From Lytechinus pictus (taxonomy: Eukaryota), in assembly GCF_037042905.1 (NCBI RefSeq), contig NC_087245.1, positions 15,750,001-15,814,000 on the forward strand: 64,000 bases of DNA, written 5' to 3'. Shown piece by piece: positions 41,842 through 56,454 of this stretch. The first letter of the stretch is position 1; each line of letters begins with the position of its first letter. Both the position numbers and the translations under genes were made by a program. The notes below the pieces were generated by a model. That model ran no database searches, had not been told where the DNA came from, and saw only the letters and a list, made by a program, of their open reading frames with translations.

Positions 41842-41975
41842 ATCCACTTCTGAAGTCTTTCTGCGGAAAACATCCCTAAAGATTAGTCGATGACTTACAA
41901 TCAACAAGTTGTCCTGACTGTATTATCTTCAAGAATTCTTTAAATATAGCGTCAACATCGTAAACGAAATCTACG
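41842..41975 (+). other. Candidate non-coding 5' UTR exon (134 nt)
   Basis: Acceptor ttttttttgtcgctgtttcag| and donor ACG|GTAAGT; same strand as the GPCR. Confidence 0.55.
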
Positions 41976-43386
41976 GTAAGTTATACCTGCGGACGAGATG
42001 GGGAGAGTAAGAGTCTTTTTGACCCCTTAACAACTAATAATTTTGAATTATCAAAGTGAAAACGTTCGGGGGGTGATATAACCTTAAAAAAGACGTCAAC
42101 TGTTCTCAATTAAATAATATAGATATTTTATAGTTACACGACGTCTCTATTTTTTTTCTCTCTCTCTTGCCTTTTTTGTCATTACTTGGAAAATCATCGA
42201 GTGTGGTCGCCCCCTGCCCCCTTCGTGACTACCCTGTATTATGTATATTCAATTGTGATAATTTGTCCATAAACGTCGCAATACATTTAAAGATTTCCAA
42301 CGAGTAATTCCGAATCAATTAGGCCTTTAACTACATTAATAAAAAAAAACACGATCGCTGTTTATTCACCACATTTCTACTATTAAAAAACAAACCGGCA
42401 ATCAGCGAATTCTAAACGATAAGATGCCATTTTGAAAATATATTCGCACATTATTTGCCTTAGGTCTCATTTACTTTTGAAATTTCAATATTGGTAATGT
42501 GTTATCCATTAAGGTGGCAAATATGCACCGGCCTTCACTGATTTGAAATGAATTTATTGAGAATTAGCTCCTAACTTTCTTTTTAAATGAAACTGTACCC
42601 CTAAGAAATCGTCGTTTTTCAATTAAATATTCCCCTCCTAAATCACAAACATACTTCCCCGATCCTGACACATATTTCATATATATATATCAATATTGGT
42701 AGAGTGTCGTTTGCACTGAATTTAAAAAGGAGAAAGGGTGTCATTTTCGCTCATGATTTATTCGTAAGACCACGAAGTATGTGTACATGCTATAAAACGC
42801 ATATTTTGAAATGCGCTGTGATATTTGCCCGACCGTGCAATTCTATGGCAAACTCCGTTTTCAGCCCTTTTGAATTCAATTACACCATTAAACAGGAATT
42901 AAGCGATATCGAATTCCAGTAATGGACTTTCAAGTGAACAAAAAAAAAATGAAATATTCAGTTTTCCTCGTGTCGCAAACCGGCTATGATTTTGTGCTAT
43001 TTTAAGGAAAGGGGGATTGAATAGAGAGAAGCTATACTGGCATCGGTTTTTATTTCAAACTTGCAATTACGAAGTTCTTGGCGATAAAGACATTATTATA
43101 CTAGGTTTTACTTTTGTATATTCCTACATCCTTTATATTCATATCAAAGGAGTAATGGGCCAACAATTTGAGGGGGCAAGATGCGGTGTATCGGGGAAAA
43201 TTTTCAAAAAGCTGTGGGCGAAGCGAGCGAGCTGAAATTTCGACATTTTTTTATTACAAAATTCTAAATTTATGTTAGATTTTGACATAATATTCAGAAA
43301 ATAGTATCATAATAATATCACATTTCACCTTTCTTTCTTTCCTTTTTTCTTTTTCTTTTTTTGGTCGTGATCTTTTTGACAAATGA

Positions 43387-43390
<4 letters not shown>

Positions 43391-43438
<48 letters not shown>
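43391..43438. repeat. (TA)n microsatellite
   Basis: Directly visible. Confidence 0.95.
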
Positions 43439-43443
<5 letters not shown>

Positions 43444-46400
43444 AGATTAGTAAGATTAGATACAATGCAAGATAAATCGTCGAGGTCTTCGTGGTCTGGT
43501 GGTTTGTAAACTGGAAAATAATCGATATCACATGGTTCGGATTTAATCATGGTCTGATCGGGGACAATTTCTTTTACTAGTATTCGAAAATGCGAAACAG
43601 GTTGAACTACAACTATAAACCCAAACAACTGCCAAACACACCGACTAAACTTTTCTCATACTTATACAAGTAATGTCTAACACGTATTTAAAACGATACA
43701 TAAAGGACAAAATGATGCAAGTTCGATACCCTTTCTATCTTCTTGCTATTAATACTAAAAGCATACCTTCTTGTCACTTTTTCAAAATTTTTGAGAATGA
43801 CTATTAAAATGGATAAACTAGAGATGTCTGGAAGGGGTGTAAGGGGATATAGGCTGTTGAGAACAAAATCAGGAATGTCAGAATTTCGATTTCCTACAGT
43901 TTTTTTTTCTTCCCGGGCGTCTTTATTCATTTGTTGATGTTCATGCTGCTGATCGTCTATTGGGGTTTGTGGGTGACGGCTTCTCCTCGCTATAGTCTTG
44001 GAAGATGTTTCCCATCTACGCTTGGGGCTACGAAAATGAGAATGGACGATCAATGATTTTGGCTGATACTAAAGAATGTCGGTGGCAAATCATAATTCAG
44101 TCAGGAAGTAAGAGGGGTTGAATGAACGCCCGATACCAAGATTTAGAGACGGTTACCCTCGAGTTTTTCCAGGAGTCTCTTCCCTTCTCATTCTCCACGT
44201 TCTTTCTCATCCAATCTCTCTCTTTCTTTCTCTCTCACTCCTTTTTGTCTTTGTTTCTTTGATTTTTTTTCCGATTTTTCCTTCATTCCCTCTTTTTTCT
44301 TTTTTTTTCGTTCTATAATTTTCTTTCTATTGTCTTTTTCTTCCTTCCCTTTTTTCACCTTCTTTCCCCTGTTTTATATTTTATTCCTTCAGGATATTTT
44401 ATAGGGGATTGCCCCCCCCCACCTGAAATGTTTCCCTTTCCCTCTCTCTTTCCCTCTCCCCCTCTAGGGGGTGGCGCCAGGATATATTGGTAGGGAGATG
44501 AGGTGAATGAGGAAAAGCGAACTGCAGGTGACGTCATCTCCAGTCTCAATTGTATTGTAGGCAGAGTATAGAGTTACATTGTCGAAATCTCTAGCTTTTC
44601 TTCCTTCTTCTGCGTCTTTCTCCATTTTGATTAAAAAAAAAACATTTTTGTTTCGTGTGTTTCTATCTCTCGTCTGTCAATTTTTATATCTTAATTCCCC
44701 GCCGTCCCCTCCCTCTCTCTCTCTCTTCCCACATTCTCTTATATTTTTACTTTCTCTAATGCCTGAATGACATGATGACTAGTATAATGTATTAATGACT
44801 GATCATGGTTTTGTGATGAGGACGAACTAAGAAGGATGAACCATGAAAACTAATGGTAAACGTAGATATATTCGAGCATCAGTATTATATAACACTCGAT
44901 ATTTTCTTAAAAAGTGCAATCCAATCGTTGACTGCGTCACTTTGGGCATTGAATGTATAGATCTAGCGCGTAAATTCCCACGTAAACCTTCGTTACGTAT
45001 TTTCTTTTTGCATTATTGCATAATCTCAGTAAAGCAACGTGTTAAAACTTTCCGAATTTGATTAAAAGTAGTTACCTTAAACTTATTACCAGGGGTAAAA
45101 CATTATTGAACCGATGAGAATTTAGAAAGCCGCTTGGACGTCACACACTCTCAAAGTTAAATACGGTGGTTTTGTTCAAATGGAAATGGAAACATTATAT
45201 CCCCCTTTATATACCTAATCCTACTCTACGTGGGCAGACGCGAAATCTATGCTCAGGGCGCTCTTAAGCTCAATATCACAGATCCTTGGAATGGCAAATG
45301 TACAAATCTTATAGAAAACAAGTATTCATCTTTGCAGGGATTTTTTTTGCGAAAAGGGAAAACCCTTTTCTTTCTTCATGCCAGCGGCAATTGCTAAGTT
45401 CCCTATAGATAACTATTGACAGTGACTGGTGTATCTAGGAATAGCAAGTAAGGTCCGATTGAAATAAATCGCCTAGCCGGTATGGTAATGTGATATTTGC
45501 GAGACAAATAGCTTTATCATGCGTTTCCGATAATATAAAGCGGCATTTTTTTTTCAAAGCCTACTTGGACGAAGATGTAGGCTGCATTTGAAGTTCGAGG
45601 GCCATGTATAAGACAAAGTTTTGATAACAACTGCAGTACCCCCCCTCCCCATTTTCTTTTATATATTTTTTCAATGCAATAGTTGATGGGCTTTTATCGC
45701 AGAGAAGTGTCGTCGCTATTCAGTGGCGTAATTATTTTTTTATACCAAAATCTATTTGTAAAATAGATTTTGGCATAACTTTCAGAAAAAAATATAAAAT
45801 TTAATTTTATCCTTTCTTTCTTTATCTGTTTTTCTTGTTCTTTGAACTTTTACTTTATTTTATTTATTTTCATTTATGTATTTATTATTATTATTATTAT
45901 TTTTTTTTTTGGGGGGGGGCATGACCCCAATGGTTCCCCTCCTCTGTATGCTAGTTTCGGTATTTAAGTTTCTGAAAGCCAATATGGTATTTTATTTTTT
46001 CAAGTTTTTGATACATTTAATTTTTAAAATTCAAATCAATATGATTTCAGAAAGACTCATTCAATCGACCTCGCTGTAATATAATTATTTTATAGATTAA
46101 CAAATGTCATACCCAATAAAAAAAACATGTACTTAGTCTATCTATGTATTTATCGAAGACTTTTGATACGCTAGACCACCAATTTCTACTTCAAAACTTT
46201 ACTAATACGGAATTTGTGGTGTTACCCTTTTCTAGTTAAACAATATGTGGTGTATAGTGATGTTTCTTCAACTTTTCTACAAATCCGATGCAATGTCCCA
46301 CAAGAATCGATATTAAGTCCGTTACTTGTCAATGACTCGTTTGTATTATTTGCAGATGACACTAACATCTTTTACTGAATTAATGATCTTACCGCCTTAG

Positions 46401-49400
46401 TTGATTCACTTAATAATGAGTTACCGAAATTATCGTTATGTTTTAAATGCAATAAATTGTCACACAATATCAGTAAAACTAATTTTACGTATTTCAAACA
46501 CATAACAAATATCATAAAAATGACTTACATTATACGTCGTGCATTTTGAAAATCTCCTTCTGACCTATTTCGGTTGGTGGTCAGGTGGGTTTTCGCCCCT
46601 ACCCGTTTTGGGATTAAGACAGTGTTCGTTATAGTTAATCATTAGATATTTGAGTTGGCATAGATTTATATCGGCATGGCATGTTCTTTAATCCGCAATG
46701 TTAATTTTTGCAAGGCGTTTAAGGCATTGGATGATTCTTTCACTTCTATTTTGTACATTTTCTGAATCCACGTTTATTCCATGTACGTTGATTAACGTTT
46801 TATATTGACTCGGGTCCTCACTCGTAACCTCAACGAAGGGATTGAGTAATTTGCAGTTTTACATAGCACTTTATAGGAGCGCTATTGGAACCTGATTGCT
46901 TGTCACGATTAGGTCTAACCTGATCTCAAAGGCGGGGAGGCTGGTATTCAGTATACATTCATATTTTTCGTGAAATTTAGGTCTCACCCAAGTTCTCATG
47001 CGGGAAGACTGGTATATATGTATATGTATATCATGTATATATATATATTATAATTAGTATGCCATCTGTAATCCACCGGTTTGCCGATAGCTCATAGTTA
47101 ATAGCTGCTGGTATTCATGTCCGGCTAGCAGAGAACTAGTTGGAAGCAGCCGCGAAATTTAACGTTGATTTTCTGGGAGGGGGGGGGGGGCCTTCTAGCT
47201 AGTCTGCAGGCATAGACCCTGATTGGAACTTTGATCAACAAGTGTGCCTCCACGCAAAGACTAGCACATACAAAACTTGCTGTTCCAATACAGCGAGAGG
47301 GCCTTCAGTACACAAGGCATGAGTAGGCTGCACATTCAGAACCTTAACTCGAGTGAAGGGTTTGCCCAGCAGACTACCTTCTAGCCGGGGGTTTAACCCC
47401 CCTTCGGGGAACTAAGACAAGGCTATCGGTTAGTTCCAGACATACGTGTATGTGAGGTATCACAGGCCTAAATCATTTCCATAGACTCGTGTGTTAATGT
47501 GGCACTTTAAAAAAATCATAAAGAATAAGGAGGAAATTCGAGGGTTGAATGTTTACTACCAGTGGACAGGATATATGTCTGACATTCCATATCTGACCAG
47601 AAAAGGGCACCTCGACCGGCTCATTTTAAAAATAAATCGGCATTCATGAAGACTACACCTGACATAGGATTAAATTCATCACTTGAGAGAGTAAAATGGC
47701 CCTAATTCTTCCGCCAGTCAAAAAAAGTTCCAAAGTAGTGATATATCTTTCCAATTTGGAAAAAGGAAATTCAGTATAGGTACCCTTCCTAGAATCAGTG
47801 TTAGATTGTCAATTATCATATTCATTCATTTTTGTCAATCAGCAATATCAAATTTAAAAGTTTAGAATGGGTTTGCTCAAATGAATATCTTTTGCCTGCC
47901 AGTTGTAATTAGGCCCGTGTAACCGTGAGTCTCTAATGAGATGTATTGTTCATACTCATGTTTTATAGTTATGTCATTGTGACACCACAATCGGAAAAGC
48001 GTTCATTTCTGTTTAATAAGGCCACGACATAATCGCACATTATTTTGTTATTTCATTTTGTTCGCCGAGAATGATAAATTATATTTATAATAATAATAAT
48101 CATCATCATTATTTTTACCATTTTACCATTTTACCAATTGTTTGCTTGTTTTTTTTTCTAAGTTGACGTTTTAATAACTTGTAGTCACCCATTCTGCTCA
48201 TTCAATATGATTATATAATTGATACATGTTTCGGTTTGCCACATTTTAAAGCATTTCTGTTTACAATGACAATCCATTTCCTGCAAGCGATTTTATGTTC
48301 AGTGATATATATTTCTGAGTTTTATTCTCAAAATGTCCGTTATATTTATGTTTTGATATTATATTTTTATGCAGAAGACAAATAAATAAATTAGATCAAA
48401 TTCATGCTAGTAGTGTAAGGGGAATATTAAAATAATTAAGCATAATTATGTTATTGATGATATCTTATTCCTAATCTAATATCCCATCTTTTATATACGT
48501 AAGCTTATCAATTAGTGATACTCCACGCACCCCCGCCAAACAAAATATCAAAAATCGAATAAAAAAAACCCCATTTATAAACCTTTGTATTGTGACACGA
48601 TACTCCATCAATTACTATGGGTTCATACGATCTCAAGTACGTATTGGTCTAACAGATGGATTTAAATAATTGATTTAAAGCATTATGAATGAATAATGTG
48701 ATCACTAACAAAAAAGAAAAACATACAAATTAATTTAAACATATATCACTCGGTTGAAATCATGTGATTTAATGCAGATAGGACATAGCCCCCCCCCCCC
48801 CCCCCTCCCTTCAAACATTCATGAGCGATATTATGCGGTAGGAAAATTTGTTGAGTATGAAAATGGAATCACATCGCTGGTTAGAAATCGCATTCTCCAG
48901 GACCGTTCAACTATTTATCTCTTATTCATGATCATTTTGGAGATGCGCTTTGTCTTCTGTTATTGCGAGCGATGTCTACAGAGCACCCGGGACCTCACTG
49001 GCACGAATTTTATTGATAACACTATAATTTCGCTAGTTACAGGTGTATCCTCACAGGTGCTCTAATTAGATTCCGCGTGTTAATTAGTGATGAACAGGAA
49101 CGAAAGTACATTGCTCCGTAAAGATTGATGCAACTCGTTAGAAACAAACAAGACACACCTGTCATTTTTTTAAAAAGTAAGTTACTCTTTGAGAAGGAAA
49201 TAAGAAGAGTTGAGAATCGTTTTCCCCTTTTTATCCTGTGCACGTCAATAAAAAAAAAACGAAGGCCATGTTCAATACATATTGAAAATGGGGTGGGCAG
49301 TCATTATGCAATACTGTCGATATAGATTTGTTTTAATTCGCCGCCTTGTACTAACATTCAAATCTTCATCATCTTGCCATTTTAAGTCTGTTTATTCGGC

Positions 49401-52400
49401 TTTTCCTTACAAGGTATTCACCAAACCTAATTTACCTATCATACAAATTGTGATTTTGTTTTTACAGAAGACAATATACCGAGCCTACATGTATGATTTA
49501 ATGCCCTTGAAATTTCACCCTCACAACGCCACTGGGATGACCTTTCAAAAAATTGCATTCCTACAATGCCGACGACTAAAGTAAATCGAGTTTCTGTCAA
49601 TAATACTGCATGTTTTTATTAATGGATCTGTAAATGAAATATTCCTACATGTATTTAGTTCATTCGGGTTGTCGATTCATTATTCTAAATCTCTTCATGA
49701 CAAATAAATCATTCCTAGTCTGGTATTAGTTCCTTGGAGCACTTCACAAGGTTTTCCTGTCGAATGGCAATATTCTAGACATCTTTTGAAACGGAAAAAA
49801 AGTTAAGAAGTCTAGTTTAAAGTTTCCGCATACTGTGTTTCTTTGTCATGTATGCGTTGGCGATTTTAGCGTAGTTACAGTTCTCGGCTAAGTTTCGTCA
49901 TTTCACTACGTTTCAATAAGAGGAATTTCATCAGAAAATACCAGTCTTTATCAATGATGCCATGACGGCAATCTAATTTAAGATTAAAGACTTTCTCTCG
50001 AAATTCTTTTTTTTTTCAATTGAGACGACTACTCAAAGTGCAACGCTTTGATGAAGCGTTCAAAACCGGATTACTATACCCGGAAACAAAGACCAATAAT
50101 ATTGTTGCTTGTCAGAGTTAATTTAACGTCGGCAGGAAGGAATGGAAAGTGAAATTTATTATCTTTGATTTCCGAGGCTATCTAATATCTGTCCACTTTC
50201 ATTAGCTCATCATGGACGAGATATTGATATATCTCCGTTGTTGAGAACATGAGCAAGAATGCGTGGGTGTAGTACAGAAACATGCGAGCTTTAAATGTAA
50301 TGCAGCATTCCCATGACAATACAACAAGTAGATATAACATTACCTTAAAGATCTAGCATAACAATTAAGATGACATTGATTATGATGATGATTATAGTCA
50401 GCTATTAATTGCAGTTGATAAAAGTGATGAAGCAAACTGCCTTTTCCGATTCTGTATATCCTGAGCGAAGTTGAAGAGAGATATAGCCTCTACATTCGTA
50501 TGGCCGATACGTATCACTTTTCACTTTTTTTTCCTTTTTTTTCTTTTACTTCACTATTCTTTGTATTACTCGTAAAAGTTTTTGGAGTCCTAGCCCCCCT
50601 CATCTTCCCACCTCCGTACTCCAGCGCATGTGTCTTTTAAAACAGTGTAATGGTCAGATCTGACTGTGTAATCATGGTAATACTTTATAGGCACCAGAAC
50701 AGAACATAATGAACTTACCAAAATTGATACTTTGTGACAATAAATTGTTTATTGTGAATGCTTATTGCGTTATATCCACAAAAGCAGATCTCAATAAAAA
50801 ACCCTTGGATCCGATAATTTTTAAATACGATTTCCCCATAAATTTCGAGCAAGTCGTAATATTCGCAAAATATGACTAGTTTAATGTTTGTTGTGTATTC
50901 TTCTCCCAAATACTTTCTTCATTTTAATGAGTTCAACCCTGAATCACCGGATTTAGAGTTATATGAACATCCAATACCATGGGGATTAGGATTTCTGAGT
51001 TGAATATGAAACTCAATAATACTGTCTAATTACTACTTCCAAAATGATAAATTTTATAAAATATATCTTCAGTTATAGCTTTGTTATACAAATTTTCATA
51101 TTTGATTATGGTTTTTTTTTCTATAAGCCCCAACGATACTACATATAATGTTGACATTTATACCGAGTTTCTTGGCCCCGTGGATGCAATTAATCTGCTA
51201 ATAGTAGCAATTATTTTAGCTAAATTTGTTTTTGAGGAATGGTGGACACCAGCTCGGACGTTTTAAATTGGCCATTGAAATATAAGCGAACGAGGGCGCA
51301 CGAATCGATAATTTCATTCCTGTGCGCTCGCCTTCTCCGTTGAAAGCTCTCACTCCCAGTGCGAATTGGAAATCGACAACGGTGCGTGTTTACCCTTTCA
51401 AGTACCCCTTGTCGGCCTTGTGATTGACAACCGATGATCCCATGTTTGTACACCTGCGTAGATATTTAAGAAAAAAAATGACATTGAAGGAAACATATTT
51501 CTCTTGAAATCCTCCAAATATTCAGACCCAAAGCTTTGATTTGTTTTCTCTTGTTTTGATGGGCTATACCACCCCCAAGGATTTAGCAATGTTTTCTACC
51601 CTAAATATCTGCTGTCACATGCGGAAAAGGTACACTGCTATGTGGTAAGCAGGTGGATTCTGTTTACATCAATACAAAGAGTTGAAAAAGGAATGTCGAA
51701 AACAGGAAAATAAAGATAAAGAGACCAAGCGAAATTAGCCGAGTTCTAAATAACGATTTAAACATCACAATTTTTTAATCTCTTAACTCAAATTAAACGC
51801 AAAATTAGGATTTTGGAAGGGAATTTCGTTGGGGGGGGGGGGGGGGGAGGGCGGGGGTGAATAGAATCGGTCCGAATTCAACAACAATACGAACATTATT
51901 ATTATTTCCCCCTTGTATAAATGAAAGTGTTAGATTTATGATTTTTTTTGATAATCTTAATGACTAAACGCGTTCATCTGATGAGGTGCGAATGCTACAG
52001 ATAAGTGCCAGTTGTAAAAATTAAATTAACAGTTCACATATAAATCCAATAAGATTGCCACCCAACGATTTGTATATACAAATAAATAAATGTTTCAAGG
52101 GATTCTGAAATATTATGGAAAGACGTAATTGATATGATCTAAAATATATATGAAAAATCTAAAAAGGGTTTACACACATGTATTTAGTGAAATTACTATC
52201 ATCTCAAATCATGATGAATTGAAATATATTCTACAAATTGAAATTAATTGCACTGAAAATTTTCAGAGAAAGAAAGAGAGAGAAAGAGAGAGAGAGATAA
52301 AGAGCGAGAGGGGTGGGGTAACATAGACCAAATTGATTAATAGGAATAAGCGAAAAGAATTATCATCTTTATAACATAATTATTTGGTGGATGAAAATGA

Positions 52401-55400
52401 TTGGCCATCGATTAGGGGAGTTCATATCTACCATAGACGATGCTTGATTCATGTAGTATATTCATAAAGGGCGGCGTGGGGGGGGGGGGGGTCCATGACA
52501 TTTGCTCAGGCGACAATTGCTCCAGTTGGGGGAGGGGTAAAAAACCTGCAGGAATTTCATAATTGAATTAACGGGATAATATCGAGTTAGACGTTCAACA
52601 ACTGTTCATTATGCCTTTTATCCTCTCTTCACTTTCCTTCCTCTTTTGTTAAATTTATCCTCTTATTTACTTTTTAAAAATTCATAAGGGTGGGGAGGGG
52701 ATCAAAAGCATTAATTCCCTTGTGTTTCGTTTCCCTGGTCTTCATGTTGACTTCATCATATCTGTCATTATTCAAGATCACATGCAGACATTGTGAATCC
52801 CGATACTCAGGAGCGAAACCTTTTCCTCATAAAAAAAAAATATATCTTTACAACGAGCCCCTTATGTTGTGTCTTTGACGTTACTGCTCCAAATGACGAA
52901 TTTTGATGATGTCGAATCCTGATCAACACCTGCTCGTTTTGAAATTTTCTTGTATAGTTTACAAACGTAATCCCACGCATTTTCTATTTAATCCATCCAA
53001 TGAAGTTCTTTTCAAGCTGTATCAATAGTAATTTGTTTTGAGTATGATTATTTTTATTGACTAATCTTGTTTTGATGTTTAGCATATTTATAAATCATGC
53101 ACTCATTCCCAGTCCTCCCCCTCTCTCTCTCTCACACGCCCATGCTCACACGCACACCTCACACACTCTCCCACTTCCTCTCTTCATTTTCTCACTTTCC
53201 TCCTTCACTCTTCTTATAACTGTCTTTATATCTTCTTTTCCACCCCACCTCTTTCGATGCCACCTTTGCATGACTTTTCACTCCCGTTCTTTCTTTCATC
53301 CTTTATATCACTCCTCGTTTCTTTCTCTCATTTCTGTTTTCCACCTCTCCTCCCTCCCATTTCAGTGACCATACATTCCCATCCTGAAATTATAAAACTA
53401 GTTATCACGGAGTCCCCGTCACGTTCTCCTTGTGTACTTTTTGTGGGTGATCCCTCGCAATTGTCCACATCACCGGGGCCAGTATACCACGCCTGAAGCA
53501 ATGGAAAGTCACGCTTTCCCGGTCCCATATGATGATACTCCTGGCCTGTCTGTTATACACAGACACGAGCGTTATATCGGCTGGTAGAGCATTAATTGTG
53601 GTGATGACATGGAGGCACCGCGTGGTCCACTGAAGTTGTAACCAGATACAATATATGAGTGTATGTTGTCTGCTGCTAAGCCCATGATCTCATGTGCACA
53701 TACTCTACTCATTTTGCTGTATTCATTTGAATTTATTCCTCATCTTGTGTTTCATCTATTTGAAATGACTGAACACATTCATCTTCAAACCTTGCAGCTT
53801 TATGATGATTGTATCTCTTGATGAAAAAAAATGACTACAATCCTCAACTCAAGTTGCACCATCAGAGTGGTCTAGAATCTGGTATGCCAGTAACCCATCG
53901 AATCACAAGAACGGTCTAGGAAGTCTTCGCCGAAGTGTGGCGAATCGAATCAGCGGTTTAGAAATATTTGCGTTATTCAGCACTTGATTTGAAATATATT
54001 GAATCAGATCTAGATCAGGAAACATTTGCAATCCAATACTGATTATTGGGTTTATTTTCCGGTCGATGATTATCGGGTTAATTGACGGAATGGCTAGACA
54101 TGGTTGGTCTACTGGTTGCTACTAATTAGAAATGTATGATTTATGATTTATGAAGCAACCCTGCATGCATAAACCAACCACCCATTCATTAATTAAGTAA
54201 GTCGTGTCTTGTTTTTAATGTAGATCTTATTTATTAGGTATAGATATCTTGTTAATCTTTCTAGTCATCTATTCTTCTTTCTTTCAAGTTGATGATGGAT
54301 TGATGGTTATTATGTTCCATTGCCTTCACATCCTCCAGCTTACCGGGCCTTCATTGCTACTGGGCGCCATACACTCGTACCTCAGTTAAAATATTCATGT
54401 TAAAGTGGAAAGGAGAAAGTACGGGAGGGGTTGCATTATTACCAAAATTCATCTTATGATAATATCCCTTTGACATGGAATCATAGATGAGTTATCGGGA
54501 GAACGCATCACAGTCTTGGTTGGTAATCTTGTCCACCAACAAATTTGATATACGATGTTTCGTCATCCCATTTATGTACTTATATTGACGTCCCATTTTA
54601 TGCAAATTTGCATCCCGTATTCGTCATGTTTGTTCGATTCTGATGCCTCAATTGAGATTGATCTTTACAATGGGATTATCAAAATAAAAAAAAATCTTGG
54701 AAGTATCCGGATAATCAATCAAAAAATAAATAGAGCAGAGAACATAGCTTCCTGTATATTACACACCCTCAGCACTCATGATGCAATTGCCTGGTTTTCA
54801 TTATGCAAAGTGTCGAAAAATGATACAGGTAACGATTTTCAACTGAGATTAACTAGGTCCTTGACCCTGGGAACAGATTTGTATCATCTCCTTTATTGCC
54901 TGCCAAACGCTCATCTATATATTAACTAAAGTCAGCCTCAGCAGTTCCGTTTAATTATCTTTTCGATCTGTTAAAGAGATTTGGTAAATAAAAAAAAAGA
55001 AAATCTATTATCAAGTAGTATATAGGTATTTTTTTTTAATATACCCGGTTTTTTGGTGTGCTTTCCTATAGTGTTTGTATAATATGTAATGCTCACAGGC
55101 GACTTAAGCATGAATCATGTAACACTACTTTTGCGGCTTTAAGTAGATCATCTACTTTTCTGAACAGCAGTGTCGTCCTGGACTCTGGACAAACGACATA
55201 TTTGCAATGTTTCGTCCGATCCGAATCTTCGGACGATCTGCCGTCCCGGTCCACCAACTTTCGATGAAAGAAAATCCTCTTAGCTGTCCATTGTGATTTA
55301 ACTTGCATTTTCAAAGGAATTTGAACGTTGGAGAAAGCGTCTACGTTGTGATTCGAAAATACGCTTTATTTAAATGAAAAGCTTCCCTTGGCCTTGTACT

Positions 55401-56295
55401 CGGGAGCCCCTAGGAAATGCGTAGTCTCAAATATAATTAAAAATCGGAAAAGATTTTAAGGGTATAGAAATAGAAAGAGAAACACATGAGAAAATTTGAA
55501 ATTAAGAAGAAAAAGTGTGCATGTATTGCGATGGATAGAAACAGATGAAGAGTTAGTAAGTGAGTGAGTGAGAGAGAGAAAGAGAGGGAGAGAGAGAGGG
55601 GGGAGAGGGAGAGAGAGAAGGGGGAAGGGAGGGGGGGGGGGGTGAGGTGACGTTTCTAAGTGACATGAGTAAACGTCCCCAGAATGCCAAGATGATTGCA
55701 AAGTGACTGAGTAATGTTTTCCCATTCCACTCTGTCACGATATCCGTCGTTCTTGTGGTGTTGGCAGTAGAGAAGATAACGTTATTCCAAGGCAAACATG
55801 GACTGGTTTTAACTTGACAGACAATGGCCTAAAGAAATGGCCAGGATATTAGGGTTTGATGGATACCAGATATTCCTACGGCGGCGAAAAGCTTTACACT
55901 CCTTATATATTTTTTTGTAGACAAAGGGGTAGAAATCATGCGTATATGCGAAAGAAAGAACAAGAACCCTTTTCACTTATGTGGAAACGTAATACAGTAT
56001 TTGTTTCGAATCGGTATCCTTCAAATTCGATGTAAGATGTTTTCAGATTTATTATTCGTCTCAGAGTGATAATTCCTTTCTCAAAGATTTATTCCTTGAT
56101 TGAAATTATGAGAACATTTGTCATTTTGCTGTGAATCCATCTGATTACCCTGTTTTGGTGCAACTGTTCTGCAACTTTTTGAAATCAATATTTATGAATT
56201 GGTAATGCTTGTTCCCCGCTCTTGAATGTTAAGAGTATATTTAAGCAAGAAATAGATTATCTGATTTTAATAATTTTCTTTTGTTGCTGTTTCAG

Positions 56296-56454
56296 GCTTA
56301 CTTATCAACTGTGTCAATATTGGAATTACCAGCATCACCAAGAAAATGGTAAAGACCGCTGATTGAAAAACCTCGATAAGAATAATAGATAGTGTGTAAA
56401 TCGCAATACTTTCTTAAGCTCTCCTGCCAAAGAAGTGGGATTCATTTTCTCGTG
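56296..56454 (+). other. 5' UTR part of the first coding exon
   Basis: Strong acceptor ttttcttttgttgctgtttcag| ending at 56295 implies upstream non-coding exon(s). Confidence 0.7.

Noticed and set aside
56392..56454. N-terminal extension given in the ORF track
   Set aside because: It starts at GTG; the first in-frame ATG, in good context, is at 56455.
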